Shown piece by piece: positions 29,110-39,080 of a stretch of 64,000 nt of DNA. The stretch's first letter is position 1. Each line of letters begins with the position of its first letter. The position numbers were made by a program, and so were the translations under genes. Source of the stretch: Parasphingorhabdus sp. (lineage in GTDB: Bacteria; Pseudomonadota; Alphaproteobacteria; Sphingomonadales; Sphingomonadaceae); contig JBDWAQ010000005.1 of assembly GCA_039978835.1 (NCBI GenBank), positions 586,631 through 650,630 of the forward strand. The letters are read 5' to 3'. The notes under the pieces were generated by a model that was given only the letters and a program-made list of their open reading frames with translations, was not told the origin of the DNA and made no database searches.

Positions 29110-32100
29110 TTATTTACTCCGTTTGTCCGGGTTCCATTCACCAGCTTTCTGAAACTCCGGTGCGGGCACGGGTTGGTAGTTCTCCAGTTGCTTCATCATT
29201 TCTGCGATCGCCCGATCCAGTTGTTGATCGACGCCGTTTGCAAGCTGAGCCGGGTCATTGGCAACTTCAATATTGGGACGCACGCCTTCATTGCCTTCTG
29301 CCCACTTTCCATTGACTGTTGCTACGCGAATAGGGGGAGCGGAGATGAAACCGCCATTGATCAGCGGCAATGACAATCCGGGGCCGATTAACCCGCCCCA
29401 TGTCCGCTCTCCAATGAGCGGGCCAAGTTTGGCTGTTTTGAACAGCAAGGGAAATCCGTCGCCTCCTGAATAGCTCCATCCATTGATCAGCATAGCCTTG
29501 GGACCGCGAAACGCGTTTTCCGGCAGTGGATAGGATGTGCTGTTGCGGGCCCGGAAATAAATCAGTGGAGGACGGTTTAGCAGTTCGACGAACCTGTCAC
29601 CCAAGGCTCCACCGGTGTTGAAACGCTCGTCTATGATGAGCGCATCCTTGTCGATCTGGGATCGATACTGGATCATCAATTCGTTTTGGCCTTCGCGACC
29701 GGTGTTCGGCACATAGATATAGCCGATACGGCCACCGCTAGCCTTTTCGACCTTTTTCCGGTTTTCCTCGACCCATACCAGTTCGCGCAACTTGCGCTCA
29801 CTTTTGAGTGTTTTGACTTTTACAGTTCGCGCATCCGAACCATCGGGCGAACTGGCGATTCGCAATTCTACGGTTTTGTCAGCCAGACCCTCAAAAGGTT
29901 GCCATGGATTTGTTGCCGTTGTGATGGGTTTATCATTAACGGCCAAGATAACGGTTCCCTCATTGATCGCCAATGCAGGATCATCCAGTGGAGAATGATG
30001 TTCAAGATGCCGATTACCGGTTCGGATTATCTTGCCGACACGATAAACATCGCCATCAGGAACGAAATCGATCCCCAACAGACCTACATTGTCAGCATCG
30101 CTGCGACGACGCGGGGCGGTCGCGGACGCATAAACATGGCCGCCTTCCAGTTCACCCTCCATCTCTCGGACAATAAAGGTCAAATCATCGTCGATATAGG
30201 CATAGGGTAGCAGCGCTTCATAGCGGGAGCGAACTGCATTCCAATCCACACCGTGAATCGTTGGATCATAATAAAAATCGCGAGGATAGCGCCATGCATC
30301 TGCAAACATCTGCCGATATTCTGCCTGCCGATCAACGGTCGCGGTCAAACCATCGGTTTTCAGGGCTTTGACTTTGCCTTTCTTGGCGGTGTTGACAATG
30401 AACAGCTTTTTATCCGCTTTAGTCAGCATGTAAGGGCCCGCCGCGCTGGCCAACGACAATTGAGTTTCTTCCTGAAGCGTCACTGGTTTATCGGAACCAA
30501 ACACATATTTCTCTAGGATACTCTTGGTTCCTTGAGATCTATCGCCTTGCCGCAGCAATGCATAACCATCATCGGTAGCGGCAAGAGCTGCGATATTGCC
30601 CGGTTTGGCTCCGAGAAGCGCAAGCCGCCGTTCTGCGTTTCGGGGGGATATCGTTACGCGTTCCGGTTTCCCGGGCATGGCCCAATCCTCCGAGCCGGGA
30701 CTTGGCACGGCGGGATTGAGCGGCAGGATTACGGCAGCGACACTATTGGTATAGGTCCATGTTGCATCAACAATAAAATCGCCATAGGTCGCGGAAAAAT
30801 TGCGGTTGGACAGAAACATCAGATAATTGCCACTGTCATCAAAAACCGGCGAAAAGTCGTTGTACAGACCAGATGTAAGCTGGTGCTTCCGTGCGGTTTC
30901 TATCTCATAGGCGAAGATAGCGTGATTACGATTGTCGAGGCCATTGGCATAGCTGATCCACCGGCTGTCTGGTGACCATGCGATTGGCAATGTGCCCAGA
31001 TCCCAATGAAACCACCACTTGCCCTGATCGACGCGTGTTTTGATGCCAGTTTCAATATCAACCAGCCACAAGACCTGTTGATAGTCCATTAATGCGACCC
31101 GTTTCCCATCCGGCGACCAATAAGGATTGTAGCGGAGCCCGGGTCCAAAATCGGCGACTTTGCGTTCCACGCCATCGGAGCTGCGAACATATAGTGCATA
31201 TTCGCCATCACTATCGCTGAAATAGGCGACGCGACCATCGGCAGAAATTTGCGGATATCGCTCCGCAGAACCGGACGATTGCGTTATATTTGCAGCGTTC
31301 TTCTTGCGGCCCTTATAGCGGAAAATATCCCCCCGGGCTTCGATAACAACATCGCCATCGCCATTAATCGCTGCATTACTAATCCGGTCTGCAACTTTTT
31401 GCTGTTTGGGTTTCCATTTCACCATGTCCATTTCGGTGCTGAGAGAAATGCGTTCCGGGCTGGATTTAGTGGATGGATCCAGGCGATAAAGCTGTCCGCC
31501 AGCCTCAAAGATTATTTGCCTACCATCGGCAGACGGACGACGGACATCCGTGTCTGTAAAATGGGTAACCTGAACGGGTTCCTGACCGTCCTGACCCAGC
31601 CGCCAGATGTTGGACCGGCCATTATCGTCTCGCTCGGTAAGATAATAGACGGCATCTCCGACCTGCATCGGAGTAGAATCAGAAGCTTCATGATTGGTGA
31701 GCTGGTTTCCGCTTCCGGTTACCGGATCATAGGACCATAGGTCCGGTGCGCGCCCCCCGCGATACCGTTTCCATGCTTCCTCCTGAAAATCCCGCAAATA
31801 GCTGTAGAGGATGGTTTTACCATCATTGGCATAGGTGGCTGTTTCGCCATATGGAACAGGTAGCTTTTTTGGCAGGCCGCCTTGTGCCGGCACAATATGC
31901 AGTTGGTTGTACACAGCACGTGGACTGGACATGGTGGATGCGAATAACACGCCTGTGCCATCTGGTGACCAATCCAGAGCATAATCTTTGGCTGGATGGT
32001 GTGTTATCCGCTTAGGTTCGCCGCCTGCTGCGGGAATGACATAGATGTCGAGATTGCCGTCTACCTTTGCCGAAAACGCAATTTGGGAACCGTCGGTCGA

Positions 32101-32322
32101 AAACTTCGGTCGGCTCAATTCAGTGCCGAATTCTGTCAAGGATTTTGCAGCCCCGCCGTTCGCGTTCGCGATCCAGATCTTGTCGGCATAAGCAAATGTT
32201 ATCTGGTCTTGATGGATATCGGGATACCGAGCCAGTCCGATATTTTTGGCTGCACTTGGAAATGAAATACAAAGTAGCGAAGATATTATGGCTGAGTATC
32301 CAAGTTGTTTGGAATATGGCAT
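29110..32322 (-). CDS. Tricorn-like S41 family peptidase
   Basis: Signal peptide, beta-propeller repeats (FSTDG, WSPDG), PDZ-like region, GYIYVPN, IIDERFNTGG, SGGD and IGERTWGG motifs. Confidence 0.88.
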   Translation of the reverse strand: MPYSKQLGYSAIISSLLCISFPSAAKNIGLARYPDIHQDQITFAYADKIWIANANGGAAKSLTEFGTELSRPKFSTDGSQIAFSAKVDGNLDIYVIPAAGGEPKRITHHPAKDYALDWSPDGTGVLFASTMSSPRAVYNQLHIVPAQGGLPKKLPVPYGETATYANDGKTILYSYLRDFQEEAWKRYRGGRAPDLWSYDPVTGSGNQLTNHEASDSTPMQVGDAVYYLTERDDNGRSNIWRLGQDGQEPVQVTHFTDTDVRRPSADGRQIIFEAGGQLYRLDPSTKSSPERISLSTEMDMVKWKPKQQKVADRISNAAINGDGDVVIEARGDIFRYKGRKKNAANITQSSGSAERYPQISADGRVAYFSDSDGEYALYVRSSDGVERKVADFGPGLRYNPYWSPDGKRVALMDYQQVLWLVDIETGIKTRVDQGKWWFHWDLGTLPIAWSPDSRWISYANGLDNRNHAIFAYEIETARKHQLTSGLYNDFSPVFDDSGNYLMFLSNRNFSATYGDFIVDATWTYTNSVAAVILPLNPAVPSPGSEDWAMPGKPERVTISPRNAERRLALLGAKPGNIAALAATDDGYALLRQGDRSQGTKSILEKYVFGSDKPVTLQEETQLSLASAAGPYMLTKADKKLFIVNTAKKGKVKALKTDGLTATVDRQAEYRQMFADAWRYPRDFYYDPTIHGVDWNAVRSRYEALLPYAYIDDDLTFIVREMEGELEGGHVYASATAPRRRSDADNVGLLGIDFVPDGDVYRVGKIIRTGNRHLEHHSPLDDPALAINEGTVILAVNDKPITTATNPWQPFEGLADKTVELRIASSPDGSDARTVKVKTLKSERKLRELVWVEENRKKVEKASGGRIGYIYVPNTGREGQNELMIQYRSQIDKDALIIDERFNTGGALGDRFVELLNRPPLIYFRARNSTSYPLPENAFRGPKAMLINGWSYSGGDGFPLLFKTAKLGPLIGERTWGGLIGPGLSLPLINGGFISAPPIRVATVNGKWAEGNEGVRPNIEVANDPAQLANGVDQQLDRAIAEMMKQLENYQPVPAPEFQKAGEWNPDKRSK

Positions 32323-32748
32323 AGAATCTGGTTCCTCAATGCTACTTATACCCGCAGTGCCGGGTTCGGCATTTTCCTTGTTGCGGACCATATTGTCGAC
32401 TGAAACCAACTGACAATCAAATACTGCTCATTGGATATATCAGCGCAGGTAATGACCCAACCAGTTTCGTAAAATTGAACTCGATACAGCCGAGAACTCT
32501 GCAAATCAGTCTGTTTGGAGTGCATGAGTAATATTGTTGTCAATCCCATGAGGACAGGTAATGCAGAGTGCAAATTTATCTAGATTGTGGTTTCGATGCC
32601 TCCATTCGTAAATTGCAGGCAATGACTGATGCGGCGTTTTCGGCATCTTATCCAAGTTTAGGCCGGGGCAACAAAAGCATCAGTCAGCAAACCAGTTTGG
32701 AATTGTCGGTGCGGTCGGAGAACCGTATTGGCGCTTAGGGAGGTTAAT

Positions 32749-35247
32749 ATGGCTGCAAGAGTAAATAGTTTTTCCGGTTTGCGCAGTACTATCATGGGTG
32801 GAATTTCAGCAGTTGCTTTATCGGCAACCATTGCAATTCCAGCACAAGCGCAAGATGCTGCCGCGGAGGAGAAAGACAGTGGTGTCGGTATCATTGTTGT
32901 AACGGCACAGCGACAACAACAGACCATCTTGGATGTGCCGGTGAGCGCTACTGTGCTAACTGAAACGGCGCTAGAGCAGACCAATTCCCAAAGCGCGTTG
33001 GATTATTTGAAGCTTACCCCGAACGTTAGTTTTCGGCAGTCAGGCCGGAACGGTGCGCGTGAGATTGTTATTTCCATTCGCGGTATTGCTGATTTGAAGG
33101 GCGGCGAGAAAGTTAGTACACAAAGTGCGTTCACAACCTTTGTCGATGATTTCAGTCTCGGTACATTGGCAACTAGTCAAGCCAACCCCAATATCTATGA
33201 CGTTGAGGCGGTTGAAGTACTACGCGGCCCGCAAGGCGTGTTTTTCGGACGTAATGCCGAAGGCGGAGCCATCAATATTCGCACCAAGCGGCCGGAACCG
33301 GAGCTGGGCGGCCGGGTTGATGTGGGCTGGGGACGTTTTGATAGTTTTGAACTGGCTGGTGTCGCTAATATCCCCATTTCGGACACGGTGTTTACTCGCT
33401 TTTCCGCGCAAGGGACGAAAACGGATAGCTTTTTGACAAACTTGCACCCGACCGGCGGTGATGGCGGTAATGAGTATCTCAATATTCGTGGCCAGATACG
33501 CTGGGTTCCAACGGATGCAACGACGATTGATCTGCAGGTCAATCATACTACAGACAATCAGAATTACACGCCCAAGCTTTCAACCTGTGTCAATCCGAGT
33601 TTCGGTTTTAACCCGTTTGATGGTAACATATTGGGTGGTATCGGTTGTTACAGCCCAAATGGAGCATTGGCGACCGAAGTAGCTGCGGGGCGTGTCACGC
33701 TGCCTGCTGGTGTTACTCTGGCTTCTATAGCGGACAACCGTAGCCTTACCTATCAGAACTCTCCAGAATACACTCGTAACAAAACCAATTATTTTATTGG
33801 CCAGATCGAGCATGTCTTTAATGATTCAGTCGTGCTTAATGCGGTTTCGGGTTATTCCGAATCGAAAAGTGACCAATATCTTGATCTCGACAAATCGGGA
33901 CTCGATTCGGTCGACCGTTCCGGGTTTTTTGAGACAGAATCCTATAGTCAGGAGATAAGGCTGGCTTCCGTCGGTGAAAATACTATCGATTGGACCATTG
34001 GCGGTATTTATTACAGTGAAAAATCTGATGCACAGAACAAAATTCGTATCAAAGGTTTCTTGGGCCCATGGCTAAGAGGCGATTTTGCCAACGAAAACCG
34101 TATTGGTGTTGAACGCGATGGTTGGGGTATTTTCGGTAATGCGGAATGGCATGTCAGTGATCAGTTCTCGATCATGGGTGGTTTGCGTTATTCCCAAGAT
34201 AAAGATTCTCAGAATTGGACGGAAGTCTTTGCTGCTTGTCCTCGCAGACCGATCGGAACACCATTGGCTGCTGGCTGTACACTACGTCCGGATCAATTGC
34301 TGATCAATACAGCGCAAGTGGATGCTATGGGCAATGTGTTCGTCTCTGGTGGACGGCAATCGCAAACCACCGGAACATTCGGAGAGGGTAAAACAAAAGA
34401 TCTCTCTGGCCGTGCGGCTGTAAACTGGAAGCCCAATGATGAAATAAACCTCTACGCTTCAGTTTCCAAAGGCTATAAGCCGGGCGGTGCTCGGGCTAAC
34501 CCCGATGCGGGAACTTTGGCCAATGTCAGTATCTTCGGCAAAGAGACTTTATGGAACTATGAAATTGGCGGAAACGCCTATCTCTGGGACCGTAAGGCCT
34601 TACTTCAGTTTGCTGTATTCTACATGGATTGGCGCGATATGCAGGTCGAACTGCGAGAGCAATTCTGCACGAACGATCCTGCCAATCCTGTACCCATTGA
34701 TCAGTTTGTAGGAACAGGCTGTGTTATCACGCCGCTTGATCGGACGGTCAATGCCAACAAGGCGCGGTCCAAGGGCTTCGAATTGGCCGCGGTCGTTAAG
34801 CCACTTGACGGCCTAACGCTGCGCGGCGCTCTCGGCTTCACGGATGCCAAGTTTGTCGATTTCCGTGACACTGTTCGCAACACGCCGGCGGATTTGTCAG
34901 GTCAAAGGATCGGTCTTGCTCCCAAGTGGACTGGCTCCGCCGGTGCGCAATATGATTTTGCCGTTGGCGATGCCGAAGCAAATATCGGCATAGATTGGAG
35001 CATCCGCAGTTCGGCAGACCTTGGCTTGGTCCAGCGAGCAGCAAACAACTTTCCCGGTAAAATCCCGGCCTATGGAACGGTCGATATACGCGGCGGCATT
35101 GATTTCGGGAATCATCGCCTAAACATCAAGTTCGAGAATATATTAGGCAGTGACTATTATACCGGTACTGATGGCTTCAGCTTTGGCGGTGCTCAGGTAG
35201 ACTATCACCCAACCAGCTACTTTATTAGCTGGACGGCCGAAATGTAG
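32749..35247 (+). CDS. TonB-dependent receptor
   Basis: IIVVTAQR TonB box, VEVLRGPQGVFFGRNAEGGAINI plug motif, C-terminal barrel strand. ATG after GGAGG. Confidence 0.93.
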   Translation: MAARVNSFSGLRSTIMGGISAVALSATIAIPAQAQDAAAEEKDSGVGIIVVTAQRQQQTILDVPVSATVLTETALEQTNSQSALDYLKLTPNVSFRQSGRNGAREIVISIRGIADLKGGEKVSTQSAFTTFVDDFSLGTLATSQANPNIYDVEAVEVLRGPQGVFFGRNAEGGAINIRTKRPEPELGGRVDVGWGRFDSFELAGVANIPISDTVFTRFSAQGTKTDSFLTNLHPTGGDGGNEYLNIRGQIRWVPTDATTIDLQVNHTTDNQNYTPKLSTCVNPSFGFNPFDGNILGGIGCYSPNGALATEVAAGRVTLPAGVTLASIADNRSLTYQNSPEYTRNKTNYFIGQIEHVFNDSVVLNAVSGYSESKSDQYLDLDKSGLDSVDRSGFFETESYSQEIRLASVGENTIDWTIGGIYYSEKSDAQNKIRIKGFLGPWLRGDFANENRIGVERDGWGIFGNAEWHVSDQFSIMGGLRYSQDKDSQNWTEVFAACPRRPIGTPLAAGCTLRPDQLLINTAQVDAMGNVFVSGGRQSQTTGTFGEGKTKDLSGRAAVNWKPNDEINLYASVSKGYKPGGARANPDAGTLANVSIFGKETLWNYEIGGNAYLWDRKALLQFAVFYMDWRDMQVELREQFCTNDPANPVPIDQFVGTGCVITPLDRTVNANKARSKGFELAAVVKPLDGLTLRGALGFTDAKFVDFRDTVRNTPADLSGQRIGLAPKWTGSAGAQYDFAVGDAEANIGIDWSIRSSADLGLVQRAANNFPGKIPAYGTVDIRGGIDFGNHRLNIKFENILGSDYYTGTDGFSFGGAQVDYHPTSYFISWTAEM

Positions 35248-35384
35248 TCCAACACCAATGGCGATGAGCGTCTCCATTTAAACGTCTTGCGTGATGATCG
35301 CATGAAGGAATTCTCATCCCGGGAATCGTTCATGCGGTCATTGCGATATAAAGCGCCCGCGACATGGAGTTTTGGGAGAGTGAA

Positions 35385-36980
35385 ATGAACGACACCTATT
35401 CTTTGGCAAAATGGTTTAGCTTCATTTTTTTTGCGGCACTTCTTTTTGTGAATCCCTTGGGAGCAAGATCGGCGGAGGCGAAGGCCGGCAAAATCAAACG
35501 CCCCAATATCATCCTCATTGTCACTGATAATCAAAGTGAGCGGCTGTTGGGAGCCTATGGAAACACCCATATCAAAACGCCTCATATCGATCAGCTTGCG
35601 GCGGAGGGAAGCCTTGTTGCAAATGCCTTTGCAGCCAGCGGTGTATGCTCCCCAACCCGCGCCGCTCTGTTGACCGGATTGATGCCGTCTCAGACCGGCA
35701 TTCATGTTGCGCTGCCGCCGGTTGTGGATTTGGAGAATTGGTCCGCGATAGAGGAATTTCGCAATCTACCGTCTGCGCTGTCGGCGGCAGGTTATGTAAC
35801 CGGTCTGGTTGGCAAATATCATTTGGGAAATCATTATAAGCCTCAGATTGGCTTTGATCATTGGGTCACATTCCATGGCGGGCATACGACGACATTCTGG
35901 GATCAGGAAGTTGTCGATAATGGCGAAACTTATAGAATGCAGGGCCATCTGACGGATTTCTGGACCGACAAAGCGATAGAATTTGTCCGTGACCAAACGG
36001 ACAAAAAACCGTTTTTTCTGATGCTCGCCTATAACGGCCCCTATATGTTACCGCCAACGGTACTGATGGAACCGCGCGGGAAACACGCCGCTTACTATAG
36101 CAAAAATATTCCCCCGATGCCGCAGACACCGATCCACCCCTATCTGGAATCCTGGGCTCGGGGCAAAGGTCCGACGGGACAGATGGTAAAGGATGGAACA
36201 ACCGCCTGGCGGGCGATACGCGCGTTGAACAATCCGATTGCGATGATCAATACAGCGGCCGAAATGTCCTTGCTCGATGATGGTATTGGTCGTCTAGTGG
36301 CTTCCTTAAAAGCGCAAGGATTGGATGAAGATACGTTGATCGTCTTCACATCGGATCAGGGCAGTTCCTATGGCCAACATGGCCTGTGGGGTAACACCTC
36401 GTGGTCATTTCCTTTTGCCGCCTATAATATGAACATGCGGGTTCCATTGATCGTGCGTTATCCGCGCTTGATAGCCGCGGGGCAAACCACCGATCGCATC
36501 GTTAATCAGGTCGATATTTTTCCAACCATATTGGACTATGCGAATGTTGCGGACAAAAACATTCCCAATTCATCGGGAAAAAGCATTGTGTCTATATTGG
36601 AAGGCAAAAATACTGACTGGGACGATGTTGCTTTCTTTGAATTTGTGACGGTTCGGGTGATAGAGACGCCCAAATGGAAGTATAGCAAAAGCTATCATGA
36701 TGATGTGACGGCTGAATTATATGATTTAGAAGCCGATCCGGAGGAGCTTAACAATCTGATTGCTGTGTCTGAACATACGAAGATCATAGAACAGCTGGAT
36801 CAGCAGTTGGATGCCTATTTCACGAAATATTCAGACAGCAAATATGATCTGTGGCGTGGCGGCACGGCAAAGGCACAATTGCTCGGCAATCATTACGGCA
36901 AAGATTATATTTTCTCAGACCGGTTTCCCGATTGGAAGACTCCCAAAGTTGAAAAGCTGTCTCCCTATGTTGAGAAATGA
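35385..36980 (+). CDS. Exported Cys-type sulfatase
   Basis: Signal peptide, RPNIILIVTD, CSPTRAALLTG (formylglycine motif), GKYHLG and FTSDQG. Confidence 0.9.
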   Translation: MNDTYSLAKWFSFIFFAALLFVNPLGARSAEAKAGKIKRPNIILIVTDNQSERLLGAYGNTHIKTPHIDQLAAEGSLVANAFAASGVCSPTRAALLTGLMPSQTGIHVALPPVVDLENWSAIEEFRNLPSALSAAGYVTGLVGKYHLGNHYKPQIGFDHWVTFHGGHTTTFWDQEVVDNGETYRMQGHLTDFWTDKAIEFVRDQTDKKPFFLMLAYNGPYMLPPTVLMEPRGKHAAYYSKNIPPMPQTPIHPYLESWARGKGPTGQMVKDGTTAWRAIRALNNPIAMINTAAEMSLLDDGIGRLVASLKAQGLDEDTLIVFTSDQGSSYGQHGLWGNTSWSFPFAAYNMNMRVPLIVRYPRLIAAGQTTDRIVNQVDIFPTILDYANVADKNIPNSSGKSIVSILEGKNTDWDDVAFFEFVTVRVIETPKWKYSKSYHDDVTAELYDLEADPEELNNLIAVSEHTKIIEQLDQQLDAYFTKYSDSKYDLWRGGTAKAQLLGNHYGKDYIFSDRFPDWKTPKVEKLSPYVEK

Positions 36981-36999
36981 TAGCATCGCAGAGCCTTCC

Positions 37000-38133
37000 T
37001 CAACCCAATAGCTTGAACATTCCCAGACCGAAGAAATTCCCTATGGCATAGCCCAGCATGCCGGTTGCGATGGCGGGTGTGACAAGGTTTTTCCATCCTT
37101 TGGCTGAAGCAATACCAGCAGCCGGTGCTGCTCCGACAATATTGGCACCCGACCCGATGATGGTTTCCGCCAGGTCGAATTTGAAAATCTTCGCGACCAG
37201 TAACATCAACCCGATATGACCAAAAATTATGATCAGTCCGTAGAGAAAGAATATGGGCGCCTTGGTAACGAAAGTGATCGCATCCGTGCTGGCCCCGATG
37301 GCGGCGAAAAACAGATACATGCCAAACATTCCAAACTCGAAATCACCCTTCAACTTGTTAAGAGATGCGGAGAATATGTTCGCTAACAGCACGGCGATGA
37401 TTGTGATGAGAAACAAGAGATAGTTACCAAGATCGAAATAGTCGGTAATCATCTCGCTAACGACGCAAATAATTGCGCTCAGAGCCAAAGCCCCGGCAAC
37501 ATGCGTCAGCTTAAACGACACATGTTCAGCCTGCATCGACGGCATGTTTTTGTCTTCAGCCTGCTCATCCATAATTTTGGATGAAAAGTGCCGGCGAATG
37601 AAAGGTATCTGAGGTAGAATCGCGAGAGTGCTAAGACCAATAATACTCACTGGCGCACTGGCGCTTACCACTACAGAAAATTCTGATGGTGACATCTGGG
37701 TAAGCTCTGACAGGGCAACGAGATTTACCATGCCGCCGACCCACGCTGCGGTGTAGGTCGCAGCTACTTTTGGTCCCAGTTCACCGAGATCGAGAATATA
37801 ATAGCCGAGTAGTGCAGCAATAAAAACGGCCACTGATCCGATGAGGAATATCGGTAATACCATGCCACTTTCCTTGAGGATTTTGGTGAGCGTGGCTTTG
37901 TACAGAAGGAGGGGGACTGCAAGCGGCAGAATATACCCAAATATCACGCCATACAGATCGGACTCAAAAGGAAGAATTCCGGTGTTTGATAAGGCCACTC
38001 CCAATATCAGTATCCACACAACTCCGGGAATTTTGCAAGCGATCGGATGGGTTTCGGACCAGAATCCAAACCAGACCAGGCTCAGGAGCACAGCCAATTG
38101 AAGAAAATAGTCTTCCGCACCAATTAGTGTCAT
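37000..38133 (-). CDS. DUF819-like multi-pass membrane protein
   Basis: About 11 TM segments; GG.VN, SGANIVGA and GMLGYAIGN motifs. Confidence 0.7.
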   Translation of the reverse strand: MTLIGAEDYFLQLAVLLSLVWFGFWSETHPIACKIPGVVWILILGVALSNTGILPFESDLYGVIFGYILPLAVPLLLYKATLTKILKESGMVLPIFLIGSVAVFIAALLGYYILDLGELGPKVAATYTAAWVGGMVNLVALSELTQMSPSEFSVVVSASAPVSIIGLSTLAILPQIPFIRRHFSSKIMDEQAEDKNMPSMQAEHVSFKLTHVAGALALSAIICVVSEMITDYFDLGNYLLFLITIIAVLLANIFSASLNKLKGDFEFGMFGMYLFFAAIGASTDAITFVTKAPIFFLYGLIIIFGHIGLMLLVAKIFKFDLAETIIGSGANIVGAAPAAGIASAKGWKNLVTPAIATGMLGYAIGNFFGLGMFKLLG

Positions 38134-38157
38134 TTTCCGTCCTCCCCAACGTCGCTT

Positions 38158-38892
38158 CTACGACTTCAACCACCCGTTGCCGGTGATTTTTCTTACAATT
38201 GATTCTGCTCTAACACCTCTATCGAGATCAAGTTGATCCGACACAAACTGACCCGTATTGCCAAGTGGATATCGCATTTCGGGCCCGGGCTGTTCCACAA
38301 TGTCGGCAATTTGACGGGCCACCGTGTCCGGATCATCGCCGGTTTCATTCCCTGCAAAGCCCGTTGCTATCGCACCGGGTTCAATCACAAGTACGCGAAT
38401 GGCGCGCGGGGCCAGTTCGGCGGCGAGGCTCTGGCTCATACCTTCTAGCGCAAATTTGCTTGCAGCATAGGCTCCGTCGCGCGGAAGTCCGACCAGACCC
38501 GACAGTGATGAAATCATAACGATCGTACCGCCATCTGGCATGTAAGGCAGAGCCGCCTTGGTAAGGCGCCAGACACCAAGCAGATTCACATCCAGAATAT
38601 GTTTGAAATCATCTTGTTCCAGATCCTCCAACCGACCATCCATATGTATCCCGGCATTGTTGATAAGGATATCCAGAGCGCCTTCGGCGGCACTATTACC
38701 GCATGCGTTAGCAGTGGATTCGAGATCACGAACATTTAGTGAGACCGGAGAGATTGTCCCGTTCGAGCTATGATCAAATTGCGGTTTGTTGGAATAATAG
38801 CCTGCGTGAACGTGATCGCCGCGCTGTGCGAATTCCTGGGCCAGCGCCCGCCCCAGGCCGCGTGATGCGCCACTAATCAATATATTCGCGAT
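38158..38892 (-). CDS. Short-chain dehydrogenase/reductase with an apparent ATC start codon
   Basis: SGASRGLG, NNAG and YAASKFALEG motifs. GGGAG, 8 nt, then ATC GCG AAT ATA TTG ATT gives (M)ANILISG. Confidence 0.8.
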   Translation of the reverse strand: MANILISGASRGLGRALAQEFAQRGDHVHAGYYSNKPQFDHSSNGTISPVSLNVRDLESTANACGNSAAEGALDILINNAGIHMDGRLEDLEQDDFKHILDVNLLGVWRLTKAALPYMPDGGTIVMISSLSGLVGLPRDGAYAASKFALEGMSQSLAAELAPRAIRVLVIEPGAIATGFAGNETGDDPDTVARQIADIVEQPGPEMRYPLGNTGQFVSDQLDLDRGVRAESIVRKITGNGWLKS

Positions 38893-39080
38893 GGAGCCTA
38901 CTCCCGATCAATATTGTTTTCCGAAGACGAGATTACCGGAATTTCGTGTATTACGATGCATTTTTATTTTTAGGCACCCATGAATATTGCTCACGCGGCC
39001 TATCAGCGTGACTAATTTCCCACTGCGTCCAATTATCGATACATTCGAGATCACGTTCAAAAAATTGGATTGGGGAAACG

